Below, one piece after another: positions 49,501-62,584 of a DNA stretch of 64,000 nucleotides. The stretch spans positions 108,500,001 to 108,564,000 of the forward strand of contig NC_043003.1 in NCBI RefSeq assembly GCF_006345805.1. Direction: 5' to 3'. Every line of letters begins with the position of its first letter. Position 1 is the stretch's first letter. Origin of the DNA: Octopus sinensis. Taxonomy: Eukaryota. A program made the translations under genes and the position numbers. The notes beneath the pieces are model-generated. The model worked only from the letters and a program-made list of their open reading frames with translations, did no database searches and was not told where the DNA came from.

Positions 49501-50517
49501 CATGTATTAATTATAAGGAGTAGTTAGTTGTTGTCAGTGGTCGGACACCCTTCATTGATTCTATCAGCTGCGGCTCTTTGTAAAGAATGGAATCCCTTGT
49601 AACACCTCACCAGAGGGAAGAGGCGTCAAAAAGGGACAAAGTCAACGAAGTCAATAAACGACTTTTGACTATGGACTGATTCGCAGGTGTTGGCAGAATG
49701 GGGTTATTAGATTCTGAATTTCCTTCCCTCCTTTCCTTTTCTTTCTTTCTTTCTTTTTTCATGATTTTTATTCCTTCACTGTTGCTGCTGCTGCTGCATA
49801 AAAAAATATCCCCTCCTACCCACTCTGTTATCGTTCAGTGGAACCACTTGTTGCCCGCTTGGTAGGTAGATTAGGTAACGCATAAAATAATAAAAAAAAA
49901 ACAGAGTACCCATTGTTTATATAACTGAACCTAACAGTAAGAGTGTATGCGTGTGTGTGTATTTGTTATATTAAAGTTGCCCGACGCTCGCTACACACCA
50001 CTCTTTGAATCTTCTGTGCTCACGTTGCGATGTTATTCAGTCAATAGCATTATTGCAAGTTTAAAAGATCCGCTTGTATGACCAGGAGAAAATTTCCGCC
50101 GACTGCACATTAGTTTCACAAGAATTCAGTCAACCGTATGGTTAACAGGAGCAATTTACCGTGTAAAACTTATCTGAACAATGTATTGCAGCTTCTTCGA
50201 ATCCAACCAATCAACTATCAATTTTTTTTTAATGTTTTTTTTTCTTTAATATATTGAGCTATTTATGTCTTTTTTTCGCTTCCTTTTCATTTTGAAAACT
50301 ACGAGCAACATATACACCAGTGACTGATAAGTACCTAACAAACCGAATCGATCTGGGTTCAGTTACCAGTTTAGGTATCTATTTTAACCACATTTGCACA
50401 TCTTGCCTTCGGACCTGAAAAAGAATGGGTTCCGTCAAGTTAAGCTGACTTTGGCTTTTGCTTTAATTTCGACAAATTTTCATACATTTTCATTAGAACT
50501 GAAAAACAAAACAAAAC

Positions 50518-50549
<32 letters not shown>

Positions 50550-50739
50550 AGACATTTCTAATACATTACATCTTGTACAAGACCCAACGGTTCAGTCAAT
50601 AATAAATAAATTTAAGTAACGCTTTTGTCATTATTCGAACTGATATTATTCGTTGATATAAATTTAAAGGACTAATGTATCGCCAAGGTATGTTTCTTTT
50701 TCTTTCTTTTTGATCTTTCTTCTTTTAACATCTCTCATC

Positions 50740-50976
50740 TAATTGCTTCGGTCATCGGACTACAGTCATGGTGGGACACACCTTGAAACGTTTAAGCGGA
50801 CAAATCGTCCACAGTACTTATGTATTTAAAGCCTGGTACTCATTATATCGGTGTCTTTGGCGGAAACCGCTAAGTTACGAGGATGTAAGCAAACCAACAC
50901 TTGTCTAGCGGTGGAGGAGAATACGTAAATCCTAAGAGACATGTGCACACATATATACATGCCTACATATGTGCAC

Positions 50977-51021
<45 letters not shown>

Positions 51022-52300
51022 CTCTCTCTCTCTCATACACACAATCTTATAGATATGATAGGCTTCCTCTCATTTTCCACCAACCAAATTCCCTCTCAAG
51101 GCATTGGTCGCAAGGGTTGTAAAAAAATTCATTGATGAGAAATTAATTGCAATATATTGGTCCAATTAATTGATTGGAGTCGTACTGCTAATTAAATAAT
51201 TGATTGCTATCATATCAATTAATTGCAGTTACTTGCAACATTTTTCAAATGGCTCATACTTCATTCGACGTCCAACTGGCAAATACAGTGTTCTATTATT
51301 TGAGGTATTGTGTTGACGCTTTGCTCTGACTGCTGAGAAGGATTCCCACATTCTGTCGTACTTAGGAATTGACTTATTGTGTATGTTGTCAAGTGTTGAT
51401 GCTTGATTCGGACTGCTGAGGATGATACACATTCTATCATGCTTGGGATTGGCTATTGTGTATGTTGTCAAATAACTGCTGTCGACGCTTGGTTAGGACT
51501 GTCGAGAATAATTCACACCTTCAAGGCGGTGAGCTGGCAGAATCGTTAGCACGCCGACGTCACAACAGTCTGATTTACCTGTAGATGACGATTTTGCTTC
51601 AGTTTCTTTGGAAAAACACAAAAAAGATAAAATTTCACCTCAACAATATCTGAACTGTAGATTTTTGTTACCAACGTCCAACACTTTGGAACGTTTCTTC
51701 AGCTCAGAAAGTTATGCTTTTAAGGATTTTTGGCAATACTTAATTCCAGTGGATTTAGAAATGCAATTATTTCTAAAAGTCGATCGCGTTTTCTGGGATG
51801 AAGACTTAGTTTCAGAAATCTGCAATTGTTCAGGATCTTTTGCTTTATTAGAACATTTTAATTGTGCTGCTCGTTTGAGAAACTCTTTCAATGAAAGACC
51901 TTTACTTTATTTGTTTTTCAACTATTGTACAATGTAAAGTATACATGTTGTTTGTTTCCTATTCTAAATCAATAAAATTGAGCTTTGAACGTTTTCTGAT
52001 AATAAAGTTTTTTGAAACTATAAAATGTGCCTTTTATTTTCCTGTCATTTTGACCCTTGTCTAAATCGAAGCTAACATTCCAAAATATATGGTGTTTTTA
52101 CGTTCGACAAAATAATTGATAATTAATTGCAATAATTGATTAGCCTGTATCCCAATTAAAATTAATTGCTAGGAAAGGTTCCAATCAATTATTTACAACC
52201 CGTAGTTGGTCAGCCCAAGACTATGGTAAAAGACATTTGCCCAAGGTGGAAACTGAACCCGAAACCATGTGAGTTACAAATCGAGCTTCTTAACCACACA
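50740..52300 (-). mobile_element. SINE family B split by a hAT insertion
   Basis: Halves 50740-51110 and 52205-52300 rejoin as AAGGC.TTGGTC.GCCC. Confidence 0.7.
51111..52204 (+). mobile_element. Non-autonomous hAT-like transposon
   Basis: Termini ..GGGTTGTA / TACAACCC.., imperfect 8-bp TSD (ATTGGTCG, GTTGGTCA); ORF 51608..51937 with FLLPTSNTLERFFS..LEMQLFLK (hAT C-terminal dimerisation motif); ~80-bp internal repeats 51300-51500. Confidence 0.75.
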
Positions 52301-52599
52301 GTCAAGTGTGTGTTTTTTTTAAACATGTGTGTTTGTTACTAGATAAATACTTTTTACGAAAACAGGAGCCAACTTTGTTAGAAAGAACACTATTGGATCC
52401 AGTACTTACTTCTTATTGCACTGTGGGGGGTGGAAGTAGAATCGGTAGGGCTTCTGACAAAATTCCTTGCAGTATCTCGTTATAGTCCAAGTCCTACAGA
52501 AAGTCGATAAAACATGCACGAATCAGGTCCTGGTTCCAGAACCATCTTTAGGTGATCATAACCCTAAGTGCCGTCATTGAACAAGTGGTTCCCCATCCT

Positions 52600-52800
52600 A
52601 CCGAAATATAACGAAATTCTTCTCTTCTCTAGACAAAAGGCTCAAATAATTGCGCCGCCGCAGCCGCTCCATCCATGTCTATCTTGTGCCAGTCTGCACA
52701 GTTTTGCAAAACTTTCTTCACCAGCTTCTTTGACGTTAACGCTAAATCTGGTCCCCTATTTATTTATTTTTTTGCCATGTTCTGCGACTGTCAACAGGAA
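52600..52800 (-). mobile_element. RTE-type LINE 3' fragment
   Basis: ESFAKLCRLAQDRHGW. Confidence 0.5.
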
Positions 52801-52914
52801 CTTGAGTTTGCGTGACATGGGTAATCAAATATGATTATTTTTGTTATCAGTTTTTTCTTTTGTCTTGCTACTATGAGTACCGTGAAGGTCGCCTTGACTC
52901 TGTTATTGTTGTTG

Positions 52915-53235
52915 GCGAATGGCTCAGTGGTTAGAGCGTCGGGCTCACAATCATGAGGTAGTGAGTTCGAGTCCCGGGCCGGACTGTGTGTTATGTTCTT
53001 GAGAAAGGCATTTTATTTCACGTTACTCCAGCTCACTCCGCTGTAGAAATGAGTTGCTACGTCACTGGTGCGAAGATGTATCGGCCCCTTTGCCTTGGAT
53101 AACATCGGTGGCGTGGAAAGGGAAGGCTGGTATGCATGAGCGATTGCTGGTCTTCCATAAACAACCATGCTTAGACTTGTGCCTCGGAAGGTAAAATGCC
53201 ATGGTCATTCATGACCGAAGGGGCTCTTTACCCCT
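52915..53235 (+). mobile_element. SINE family C
   Basis: TGGCTCAGTGGTTAGAGCGTCGGGCTCACAATCATGAGGTAGTGAGTTCGAGTCCC head; (TTTACCC)-type tail. Confidence 0.85.
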
Positions 53236-53439
53236 TACCCTTGTGTTATCACTGTAATAATACTTTTGTAATTATGCTTTTATTCCCGGGAATCTGATCA
53301 TTTGATTGGTGCATCGTATACCCGGAGAATTCAGAACAATCCAAGAAGACTTAATCGTATTCCTCCCGATGAAGCAGCCACACACACACACACCTGTTGC
53401 TGAAAGATATTCAACTCTTTAGTATCAGTAGCAGTGAAA

Positions 53440-53655
53440 GGCGGTGAGCGGGCGAAATTGTTAGCGAAATTTCATCCATCTTTATGTTCTGAATTCAAAT
53501 TCTGCCGAAGTCGACTTTGCTTTTCTTCTTTACGGCGTCAATAAAATAAGTACCAGTTGAACACTGGGGTCGATGTAATCGACTTATTCACTCCCTTAAA
53601 ATTGCTGACTTTACCCCGAAATTGGTGGCCTTGTATCAAAATTTGAAACCAATAT
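53440..53655 (+). mobile_element. SINE family A variant
   Basis: GGCGGTGAGC..TTCAAATTCTGCCGAAGTCGACTTTGC..CACTGGGGTCGATGTAATCGAC. Confidence 0.75.
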
Positions 53656-54239
53656 CAATAGCTCTCTATCTATCTATCTCTCTCTCTCTATATATATATA
53701 TATATAAATATAATTGGCTGTGTGACTATCTCTCTGGTTTTCCGTCCTCCAAAAGAAAATAACTGACTTTATTCAATTTACCTCCTTTGGTTGCTATATA
53801 CTACAGACTTGAGTGTTACCAGTCATATGACATACAGCGTTGAGAATATAGGCTCACCCCTCTCAGTAATATCACGTAATGAAACATCTGTAAATAATTG
53901 ATAGTTAAACCGTAATTATTGTTATTGATAATGTATATTTATGGTGAATATCCAAATGAGAAATTTTATTTATTTAATCTTTATTTTAATTCAATAACAT
54001 TTTTTTTTTATATTTAAAATTATTATTGATTTAATTATTTTCTATATTTACCTGAAACTTGAATGAAAAAAAGTCTTCCCTATAACACTATCTGATATTA
54101 CAGAGGCAAAAGTATACGCAATAATATTATGAGTATGTATACGTAGTGTCTTGAACTCCTAATGAACAAAGAACAAATGCTGTATATTTGATTAAATAAT
54201 TGAAACAAGAGAAACTCGTGTTTGAATCTGTCTTACTCA

Positions 54240-55010
54240 GTGGATAGACATGATAGACATGATGCTTGATTCCGGTGCTCCCTGCAGCATTATCTCATCC
54301 GTAATAACAAAGGATATTGGCGTGACGATGACACGGCAACATTCTTCATACGAATCGTACGATGGGCAATAGCCCAACTGATGGCGTTTGATTTTGGTAT
54401 ATCGCATATCTCTAAAATACCTCATGTTGACGCAATGTCGAGATTGCAAGTAACGGACGGGTCCACATAAAACTCATATATGCCATGTGACTGGAAGTTT
54501 GTAATTATTTAAACAAATATATAGCTGTTGTTATATATCCCTTAGGAGTTTAAAACACACGACACTATTACTCTCGAGGAAGATGTAAACGAAATAGAAG
54601 TCAAAGGTGTAATTAAAAAACAATGCGCTCTGGGTGGCAATACTTCTCCTGTCGTGTGGATTAGAAAGAAAAATGGACGAATCCACATAAAACTCATACA
54701 TGGCATGTGACTGGCAGTCTTTAACTATTTAAACAAATATACCGCACTCGTTACATATTGATTAGGAGTTCAATACACGACACTCGCCACCTCAACAAGA
54801 AAGTCGATTCGACGAGTGTCTTTTTTCTGCCGGATCGCCAGTTTATTCCAGTCTTCATCTCGTCGACTCTATGCGCTTGAGGTTCAGGTTTTTCTACCTT
54901 GACGCCGCCGCTGTTGTCATTGCCTAACCTCGAGTCGATTCCTACCCGGTCGGGTTGACAACAGTCTGTCGACAGGAGCAATTGATCGAAACTAGCTATC
55001 TATCCAGCTT
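54240..55010. mobile_element. Rearranged Ty3/Gypsy pol relic
   Basis: LDSGA protease motif (54265-79), LMAFDF..IPHVDAMSRL RNase H end (54378-446), GVIKK..SPVVWIRKKNG RT start (54573-677), plus an inverted segment. Confidence 0.7.
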
Positions 55011-55215
55011 TTGTTTTCGTTTGCGACAGTCGCAGTATTCGCACCTTTCTGTGCCAGATATTTAGCAGAGAAATGCAATGAGCGCAAACAGGAGAAGCCA
55101 AAAAGCGAGGTAATACTTGGCACTCCAACCTAAAACTAACCTTTCCTGTTTGCGAAGCTGTATATTAATGGCTGGAATGTACAGTTATAAATTTATCCAT
55201 CAATAAAAGAGATAG

Positions 55216-55252
<37 letters not shown>

Positions 55253-55305
55253 ATAGCTAGCTAGCTATTTTAACTCCTTGTGTTTGTGCGCGTTGCGTGT
55301 GTGTA

Positions 55306-56822
55306 TTAGGTTAAAATAAATCGTCCTACTGCGTTTTTCACATGATCACTTTGAAGGTAGTTTTTCAATACCTACAATAAACTAAGCGTTAATTTTTACA
55401 TTCTAATAATTTCTTCTTCCTTTGCAGCTTATTTTATACCATCGTGGTTAAACGCAAATCGATTTTTACCTTTTTAAAATGAGTTTAGGGCACACCCATA
55501 TCAGACACTGCATGCCGTAAGATTTCAAAAGGGTCTCTTCAGCAATGGAAGCAGCGGCAAGTATTCGGACATGCCAATGATGCTTTGCCTAATTTTGCTT
55601 GGGATATTTTCCTCTCGCAGATTCCCCTCGATCTGGACAACTAAGTTCTGTCAATATTGATCTTCTGAAAACGGTAGTCGAGGAAAATCCAAAGTAAACT
55701 GTACAGGAATAGGCAAAACAGCAGAGTCGAGTCACACTTCGATCAAGGAACACTTTCCTGAGCTCAGAAAATTATCCAAATTTGGCCATCTTAATGAAAG
55801 AGTTGCCCTCTGCACGTCATTGAAGAGTAAACTTCCTATCAAACCTTGCATAGGTAGGATCATCAGAAGTAAATGAAAGTGGGCTCTCTGTAGCCATGTC
55901 CAATGAAAACGGCAATGGTTATCACCGAATGAAAAAGGAGAATCCAACTCTATACCAGAACTACAACTAAACAATGTTATGCTCTGTATTTAGTGGGATT
56001 TGAAGGGTGTTAAACCACAACGAAACAGTTAATGCGAAGAAGTATTCTTGTCAGCCGGAAGCATTCTTTTATTTTTTACTTGTTTCAGTCATTAGACTGC
56101 GGCCATGCTGGAGCACCATCTTCAAGAATTTTTAGCCGAATGAATCGACCCCAGTACTTTCTTTTTTTTAAGCCTGGCACTTATTTTATCGATCTCTCTT
56201 CCAGAACCGCTAAGTTATAGAAACATTATCACACCCACACCAGTTGTCAAGTGATGGTGGGACACACACACATATATGACAGGCTTCTTTCAGTTTCTGT
56301 CCACCAACTCCACTCACAAGGCTTTGGTTGGTCCGAGGCTATAATAGAAGACACTTGCCCAAGGTGCCACGCAGTAGGACTGAACCTGGAACCATGTGGT
56401 TAGAAAGAGCATATATCATTGATCAGTCGTGAAGTGATATTGCTCTTACACAATAATGCAAGACTACATATTGAGCAAGTCAGCCAGAAACATATAATGG
56501 CTCTAAATATGAAAGTTTTGCCTCATCCTCCTTACTCTTCACATCTTGCTCCATCCATCCTCTTTTCAGATCACTGCAACATTATTTAGGAGGAAAAGCA
56601 GTTTATTAATTGTGAAGAGGTTAAAAAGGGTGTTGAGTGTTTCTTTGCTTGAAAATCTGAAGAATTTTATGCTCGAGGGCTCAGCAGTTTGCCAACTGGA
56701 TGGAATTATCTTATCAAAAGTGAGGGGAAAATATTATCTTGAATAAATATATCAATTAAGACCAAGGAAGCATTAGTTTCTTTCTGACCTTGAAATGCGA
56801 CAGGATTTTCTTTCCAACCTAA
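55306..56822 (+). mobile_element. Decayed mariner transposon with a SINE insertion
   Basis: TA-flanked TTAGGTT.. termini; remnants DSPRSGQ, KRQWLSPNEK..VMLCI*WDLKGV, LLLHNNARLH, VLPHPPYSSHLAPS, FYARGL..LPTGW. Confidence 0.8.
56070..56402 (-). mobile_element. SINE family B (5'-truncated)
   Basis: ACTTGTTTCAGTCATTAGACTGCGGCCATGCTGGAGCACC..GACACTTGCCCAAGGTGCCACGCAG. Confidence 0.85.
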
Positions 56823-57037
56823 TATATATATACACACGCATACACATAATACATACATTCATGCATACATACGTGCGTGCATGCATGCATGCATGTATGT
56901 ATTTATGTATGTATATGAAAATGCTTTGGGCATTCAATGTATTTACAAGAGAAAAAATACACGTGCATTGTTCGTATGTCGATGAATATATGTTATACGT
57001 ATGTACGTGTGTATGTATATGCCTATACGCATGTACA

Positions 57038-57077
<40 letters not shown>

Positions 57078-57172
57078 CTTTACATACAGTACAGGCAACA
57101 TTCGGGATTAAATCTGGGTCTTCTCGATCTGCAGTTGCAGCATGTTTTAAGAGACGTCTACATATGCATATA

Positions 57173-57709
57173 AGGGTGTACCCAAAAGAAACCGGAATTT
57201 TCCAATATTATTTTGTTCACTTAGTTTTATATTTTTACATTTTTATCGCCTTCAAAGTATTCTCCAGTTGAAGCAATGAATCGGTCCAGACGCGTTTTCC
57301 ACCATTCAAAGCAATGCTGGAACTCTTGCCAAGTGATGCCTTTTAACACCTCCGTCATTTTTTTCTTCACCTCTTCTACATCTGCAAATTCCGTCGCACC
57401 AGCTTTCGTCACCAATGATGATCTTCGAATACAAGGTCCGGATCAACTTCCGGCTGTTCTTTAAGTTCACGACACGCAATCAATCGTGACTGCTTTTAAT
57501 CTTCCGTGAGAAAGCGAGGCACAAATTTTGTTGCAACTCTTTTCATTCGCAATTCCTCGTTCAAAATTAATTGGCAGGAATTCCAGGACACGCCATTCGT
57601 TTCAACAAGTTCGTCAATTGTTCGGTGTCAGTCCTTCAAGATCAGTTCATGAACAACAATGGGCTTGTCCAACAGAGAACGTTTCCGGTTACTTTTAGAT
57701 ACCCCCTCG
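57173..57709 (-). mobile_element. Internally deleted mariner (MITE-sized)
   Basis: TIRs AGGGTGTACCCAAAAGAAACCGGAA / revcomp CGAGGGGGTATCTAAAAGTAACCGGAA with flanking TA; ORF 57227..57415 FADVEEVKKK..FQHCFEWWKTRLDRFIASTGEYFEGD. Confidence 0.85.
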
Positions 57710-58792
57710 TATATGTATGTAGTATATTATAGTACACACACACACACACACACCACAAATTTTTGTTCCAATTCTTTCACTCACTTGGTATCTATATTTA
57801 GAAGAGTTACATACCGGAAATTATCCTTGTTCAGATTATCTTATCAGTGACTCACTTGTTGGAGAAACTGGAAATGCTAATTAAATTATTATCAGTAACT
57901 CAACAGCACATTAGCTAAGACTGACACAGTTTTAACAAAGCCATCGAGTATCCAAGGCTTGTTACTACACCCAGTCATATATCACTCGCATTTCAGATTT
58001 CAAAATACTTCGTTAAATTAGATACTCATTCCTGAAAAATCTTACTGGACTGCCTACCTTATTCCTAAAATGCATTATCGAGTGATCATACTTTTAACCG
58101 TCTGCCTGACCAAATCACGTCCAAAACGTCCATGTTTGTTTTCAGCCGCTTAGCCTTAATTTTATGCGTTCTGAACAATATAACGTTTTCCTTTCATAAG
58201 TCCCAAATTATTCTGATGGTTGAAAAAAATTGGGAATGTACCTCATATATGATGCATACGTGCAGCAGAAATATGTCCTGTGTACCACATACGATAGACA
58301 AAGGATTAAAACAAGTTTTCGAAAGAGTTCCACTAAAAGATTCAAAACAGCTATTTAATCAGTGCCATAGTTCCAAAAATCTATAAAACTTATGACTTAA
58401 ATCCATTAACTTTACATATCCGGTCACTTTTTGAAACCTACGGCAATGTTTTACCTTCTTATCTTTAAATATAAATAGTTTTTTTGTCTCCAAGACTAAA
58501 TTTGGCGTGCTATTCAGTTTGCCCCACTCTCACAATTTGTCTTCTCAATCTACCTTTCTGCTTGCCTGCCTGCATGTTTGTCTGTCAGTCTGTTTTTTGC
58601 TAACCTGTTTGCATGTCGTCTTAACTATCGATGTATTATTCTGTTTTGTATGCCATTAGATGCTTTGATGGTGAACGGACAAATCGTGGGATTTGCTAGA
58701 TTATAATGTAATGATGTTGTGCTTCCGTCGAAGCTAAGAAATTCTCTTTGAGCAACGTATTCCCCACTTTAATTATATTACTATAAACACCC

Positions 58793-59025
58793 AAGGCGGC
58801 GAGCTGGCAGACACGTTAGCACGCCGGGCGAAATGCGTAGCCGTATTTCGTCTGCCGCTACGATCTGAGTTCAAATTCCGCCGAGGTCGACTTTGCCTTT
58901 CATCCTTTCAGGGTCGATAAATAAAGTACCAGTTTCGCACTGGGGTCGATGTAATCGACTTAATCCGTTTGTCTGTCCTTGTTTGTCCCCTCTATGTTTA
59001 GCCCCTTGTGGGCAATAAAGAAATA
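58793..59025 (+). mobile_element. SINE family A
   Basis: TSD TATATTACTATAAA at 58774-87 and 59026-39. Confidence 0.9.
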
Positions 59026-59065
59026 TATATTACTATAAAACCCATGAAACAACATGTGTATGTGC

Positions 59066-59109
<44 letters not shown>

Positions 59110-59135
59110 GTGTGCGTGTGCGTGCGCGTATAGAT

Positions 59136-60005
59136 CCCTTCGGTTATGAATGACCATGGTATTGCACTTTGACAGTCCCCTTCCAAAGCACAAGTCCGGG
59201 CAGCGAATTTTTTCCCACGCGAGTTCCGGACCCCAGTAATGAACTCATTTGCATACAGCCAATCAGAACTCACCTTGACCTTGTCAAGTTAACAAAGTAA
59301 ACTCTATCAAATAAACTCAAGACAAAGAACGGTTTTGTAAGTCGACTGATCGCCAAGTTAGGCCTGATTTTAGGAGACAAGTAATCAGACAGGTTTGCAT
59401 CTATACCTAGTATCGGATTTTGTTAGGGCCCCACATGGTAAAGATGTGAATGGGAAAAATGTGGGTAGAGGGTGATGTGCTAGCAACCCTCTCCCCAAAA
59501 TGTTTTAGAAAGTAAACAACAACACAAATAACTACGCAGAGGCAGCCATGGTTGGAACAAGAACGAGATCGAGAAGCATTATTAAAAGAGAAAAGAAGAA
59601 TGGTCATTCCTTACCCAAGTCACCTTATCTTATCGCCCGTCACTCATAAATTAGTTTGATAGTTGAGGTCTGATTGGCTGTATGCAAATGAGTTCATAAC
59701 TGGGGAGTCCGGAACTCTCGTGGAATAAAAATTTACGTCCGCACAAGGTTGTTTATGGAAGACCAGCAGTCGCCCTTGCATACCATACATCTTCGTCACT
59801 GATGTTATCCAAGGGAAAGGCAAAAGGGGCCGATACAGCTTGGCACCTGTGACGTCGCAGCTCATTTCTACAGCTGAGTGAACTGGAACAACATAAAATA
59901 ACGTGTCTTGCTCAAGAACACAACATACTATTCGGTTCGGGACTCGAACTCACTACCTCGCGATTATTAGACCGATGCCCTAATCACTGAGCCGTGCGCC
60001 TTCGC
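59136..60005 (-). mobile_element. SINE family C split by a Mutator-like MITE
   Basis: Halves rejoin as GCACAAGTCCGGGCA|AGGTTGTTTATGGAAGACCAGC; tRNA-like head at 59935-60005. Confidence 0.8.
59203..59736. mobile_element. Non-autonomous Mutator-like element (534 bp)
   Basis: ~75-bp TIRs, G..C termini, imperfect 9-bp TSD GTCCGGGCA (59194-202) / GTCCGCACA (59737-45). Confidence 0.75.
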
Positions 60006-60062
60006 ATACACACACACACACACACACACACACAAATTCGCTCGCATATATACTTGCTATGA

Positions 60063-60295
60063 GGGCGGCGAGCTGGCAGACACGTTAACGCGCCGAGCGA
60101 AATGCTCAGCGGTATTTCGTCTGTCGTTACGTTCTGAGTTCAAATTCCGCCGAGGTCGACTTTGTTTTTCATCCTTTCGAGGTCGATAAATTAAGTACCA
60201 GTTACGCACTGGAGTCGATGTAATCGATTTAATCAGTTTGTCTGTCCTTGTTTGTCTCCTCTGTGTTTAGCCCCTTGTGGATAGTAAAAGAAATA
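60063..60295 (+). mobile_element. SINE family A
   Basis: Matches 82-309 and 58793-59025. Confidence 0.9.
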
Positions 60296-61042
60296 TATAT
60301 ACATATACTCGCTCACACACACACCTACGTTTATTTTATAATCAGCATTATTGGTTAAACTCTGATTAACTGTGGAAGTGTAATAAAACTGAAACAAATC
60401 CAAAATTCTGTTAATTAACAAAAATCTGTCTCTCATTACTAAACCTGACAATATTAATTTTTTACTTAAATTTCAGTAGTCTCCCTTGCCTACGATTAAT
60501 CATCGCACGGAGGACTTTGTTTTAATTACTTCTGACTGTCTGTGGATGTAAATTTAATTAAAATTATCTTAGCTCACTATGTCAAATATAATCACATCGA
60601 CTTTACTACAGCTTTCGTTTTTGTGTATTGTTTTCTTTGCCTTTTAATTGCTTAATAACCAATCGGATCGAAAACGGTTGTTAAAATGAAAAACAAGGTG
60701 AGTTTTGGGATACTGAGAAAGGAAAACCCGAAACTACACATCTTCAGATCTTCACAGACCTCATATCACATCACAGTACTTTTTCAAAGACCTGCCTTCT
60801 TTAATTTTTGCATATATCTCTCTTATTTTCCCGTCAAGTGGCATGGATGTAACTTGATTAAACAACCAACAGCAAACCTTGCGAGCAAGATAAAAACAAT
60901 TAATAAATAAACTGAACTAGTTATGTCCCCGTTAATGCTGTTTAGCCCCAGGCCGGCTCTGATCGAGCAAACATAGTAAAAAGCAATCCAGCCACGACAC
61001 GACTATCTCGTCTTTTATTCAGTCACAGTGTATCTAATACTA

Positions 61043-61254
61043 GGATCTTTTCGCTTTGACCGACAGATTTTAAAAATAATTTCCATGAACTGAAAAATTA
61101 TAAACTTCTTATATTGGTAGAATGTGTTTATAAAACATCTTTTTCTCTTGGCTTTCTTGAGAAAATTCTGTAGTTTCTAAGATATTTTCTTCAATAAAGT
61201 GTTTAGTTACATGGAAATTATTTTTAAAATCTGCCGGTCAAAGCGAAACGATCC
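61043..61254. mobile_element. MITE, 212 bp (Merlin- or hAT-like)
   Basis: 45-bp TIRs with 2 mismatches, GG..CC termini, perfect 8-bp TSD TAATACTA (61035-42, 61255-62). Confidence 0.85.
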
Positions 61255-61659
61255 TAATACTACGTTATCCATTGGGCTTTTAAAAAATGGATAAATAAAA
61301 CAAAGAAAAAATATGTAACGTGGTTTGGGAAACATGTGGCTACTATTTCCTCCAAGGTAGAGTGACTCTGTCGAGGCTTCAGACTTTCCCAGTTATTTCC
61401 CCATTCTCTATTCACATCATGGCTGAGGGAATATATTTGGGGAGAGTATTCCGAATATTAGTTAGAAATAAATACGGCAATCTCACATGTGAGTTGGAAA
61501 ACTGTAATTGCTTCATATAAATACTGTGTATGAGTAGCCAAAACCTTTCTACTATAAAATATATACATTGAATTTGACTAACATTATGACGTGCATTCAA
61601 ACAAAAGGATTATTAACGTACAAATTATTTATCACACATATCCACTCGCATCCATATAT

Positions 61660-62060
<401 letters not shown>

Positions 62061-62465
62061 ATCTAATTAAGGAGCACTGTGAGTTTAATAAATCGAAACC
62101 AACTTCGGCAGCAACCACATCACTATCTTACCAGTCGCCAAATCTTCAAATCGCATCAGCGTTTCGGAAAATCATTCATTGAAGAATGTGGTTCGGGATT
62201 TTTATCCATCGGATTAAGGCAGGATAGCCACAGCCGGAACGACTTTGATCATAAATTTGCTCGATCAAAACAGATGGGGGGGGGGGGCTAAACAACAATG
62301 AAATCAAAAACTACAGTTCCAACACTTTTGATCATGAAAATCTTTCATACCTTGTTCATTTTCTCATTTAACTAAGCTTTTTTATTTTATATTTTTCTCC
62401 CCATTCATCTTAATTTTCTTTCCCTGTAGCACTGTCCAACGATCTGTACTTGGGTGGCTTTAAAA

Positions 62466-62499
<34 letters not shown>

Positions 62500-62584
62500 A
62501 TGTACACACATATTTTTGGAAAATTGTTTGTTATGGTCGGTCAGAGAGTGAACATTGGTTTTGCGGTCCAAGGAAAAAAAAGGG

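Noticed and set aside
82-60295. tRNA-like sequences at SINE heads as tRNA genes
   Set aside because: They continue into shared SINE bodies and tails with TSDs and lack complete cloverleaf acceptor stems.
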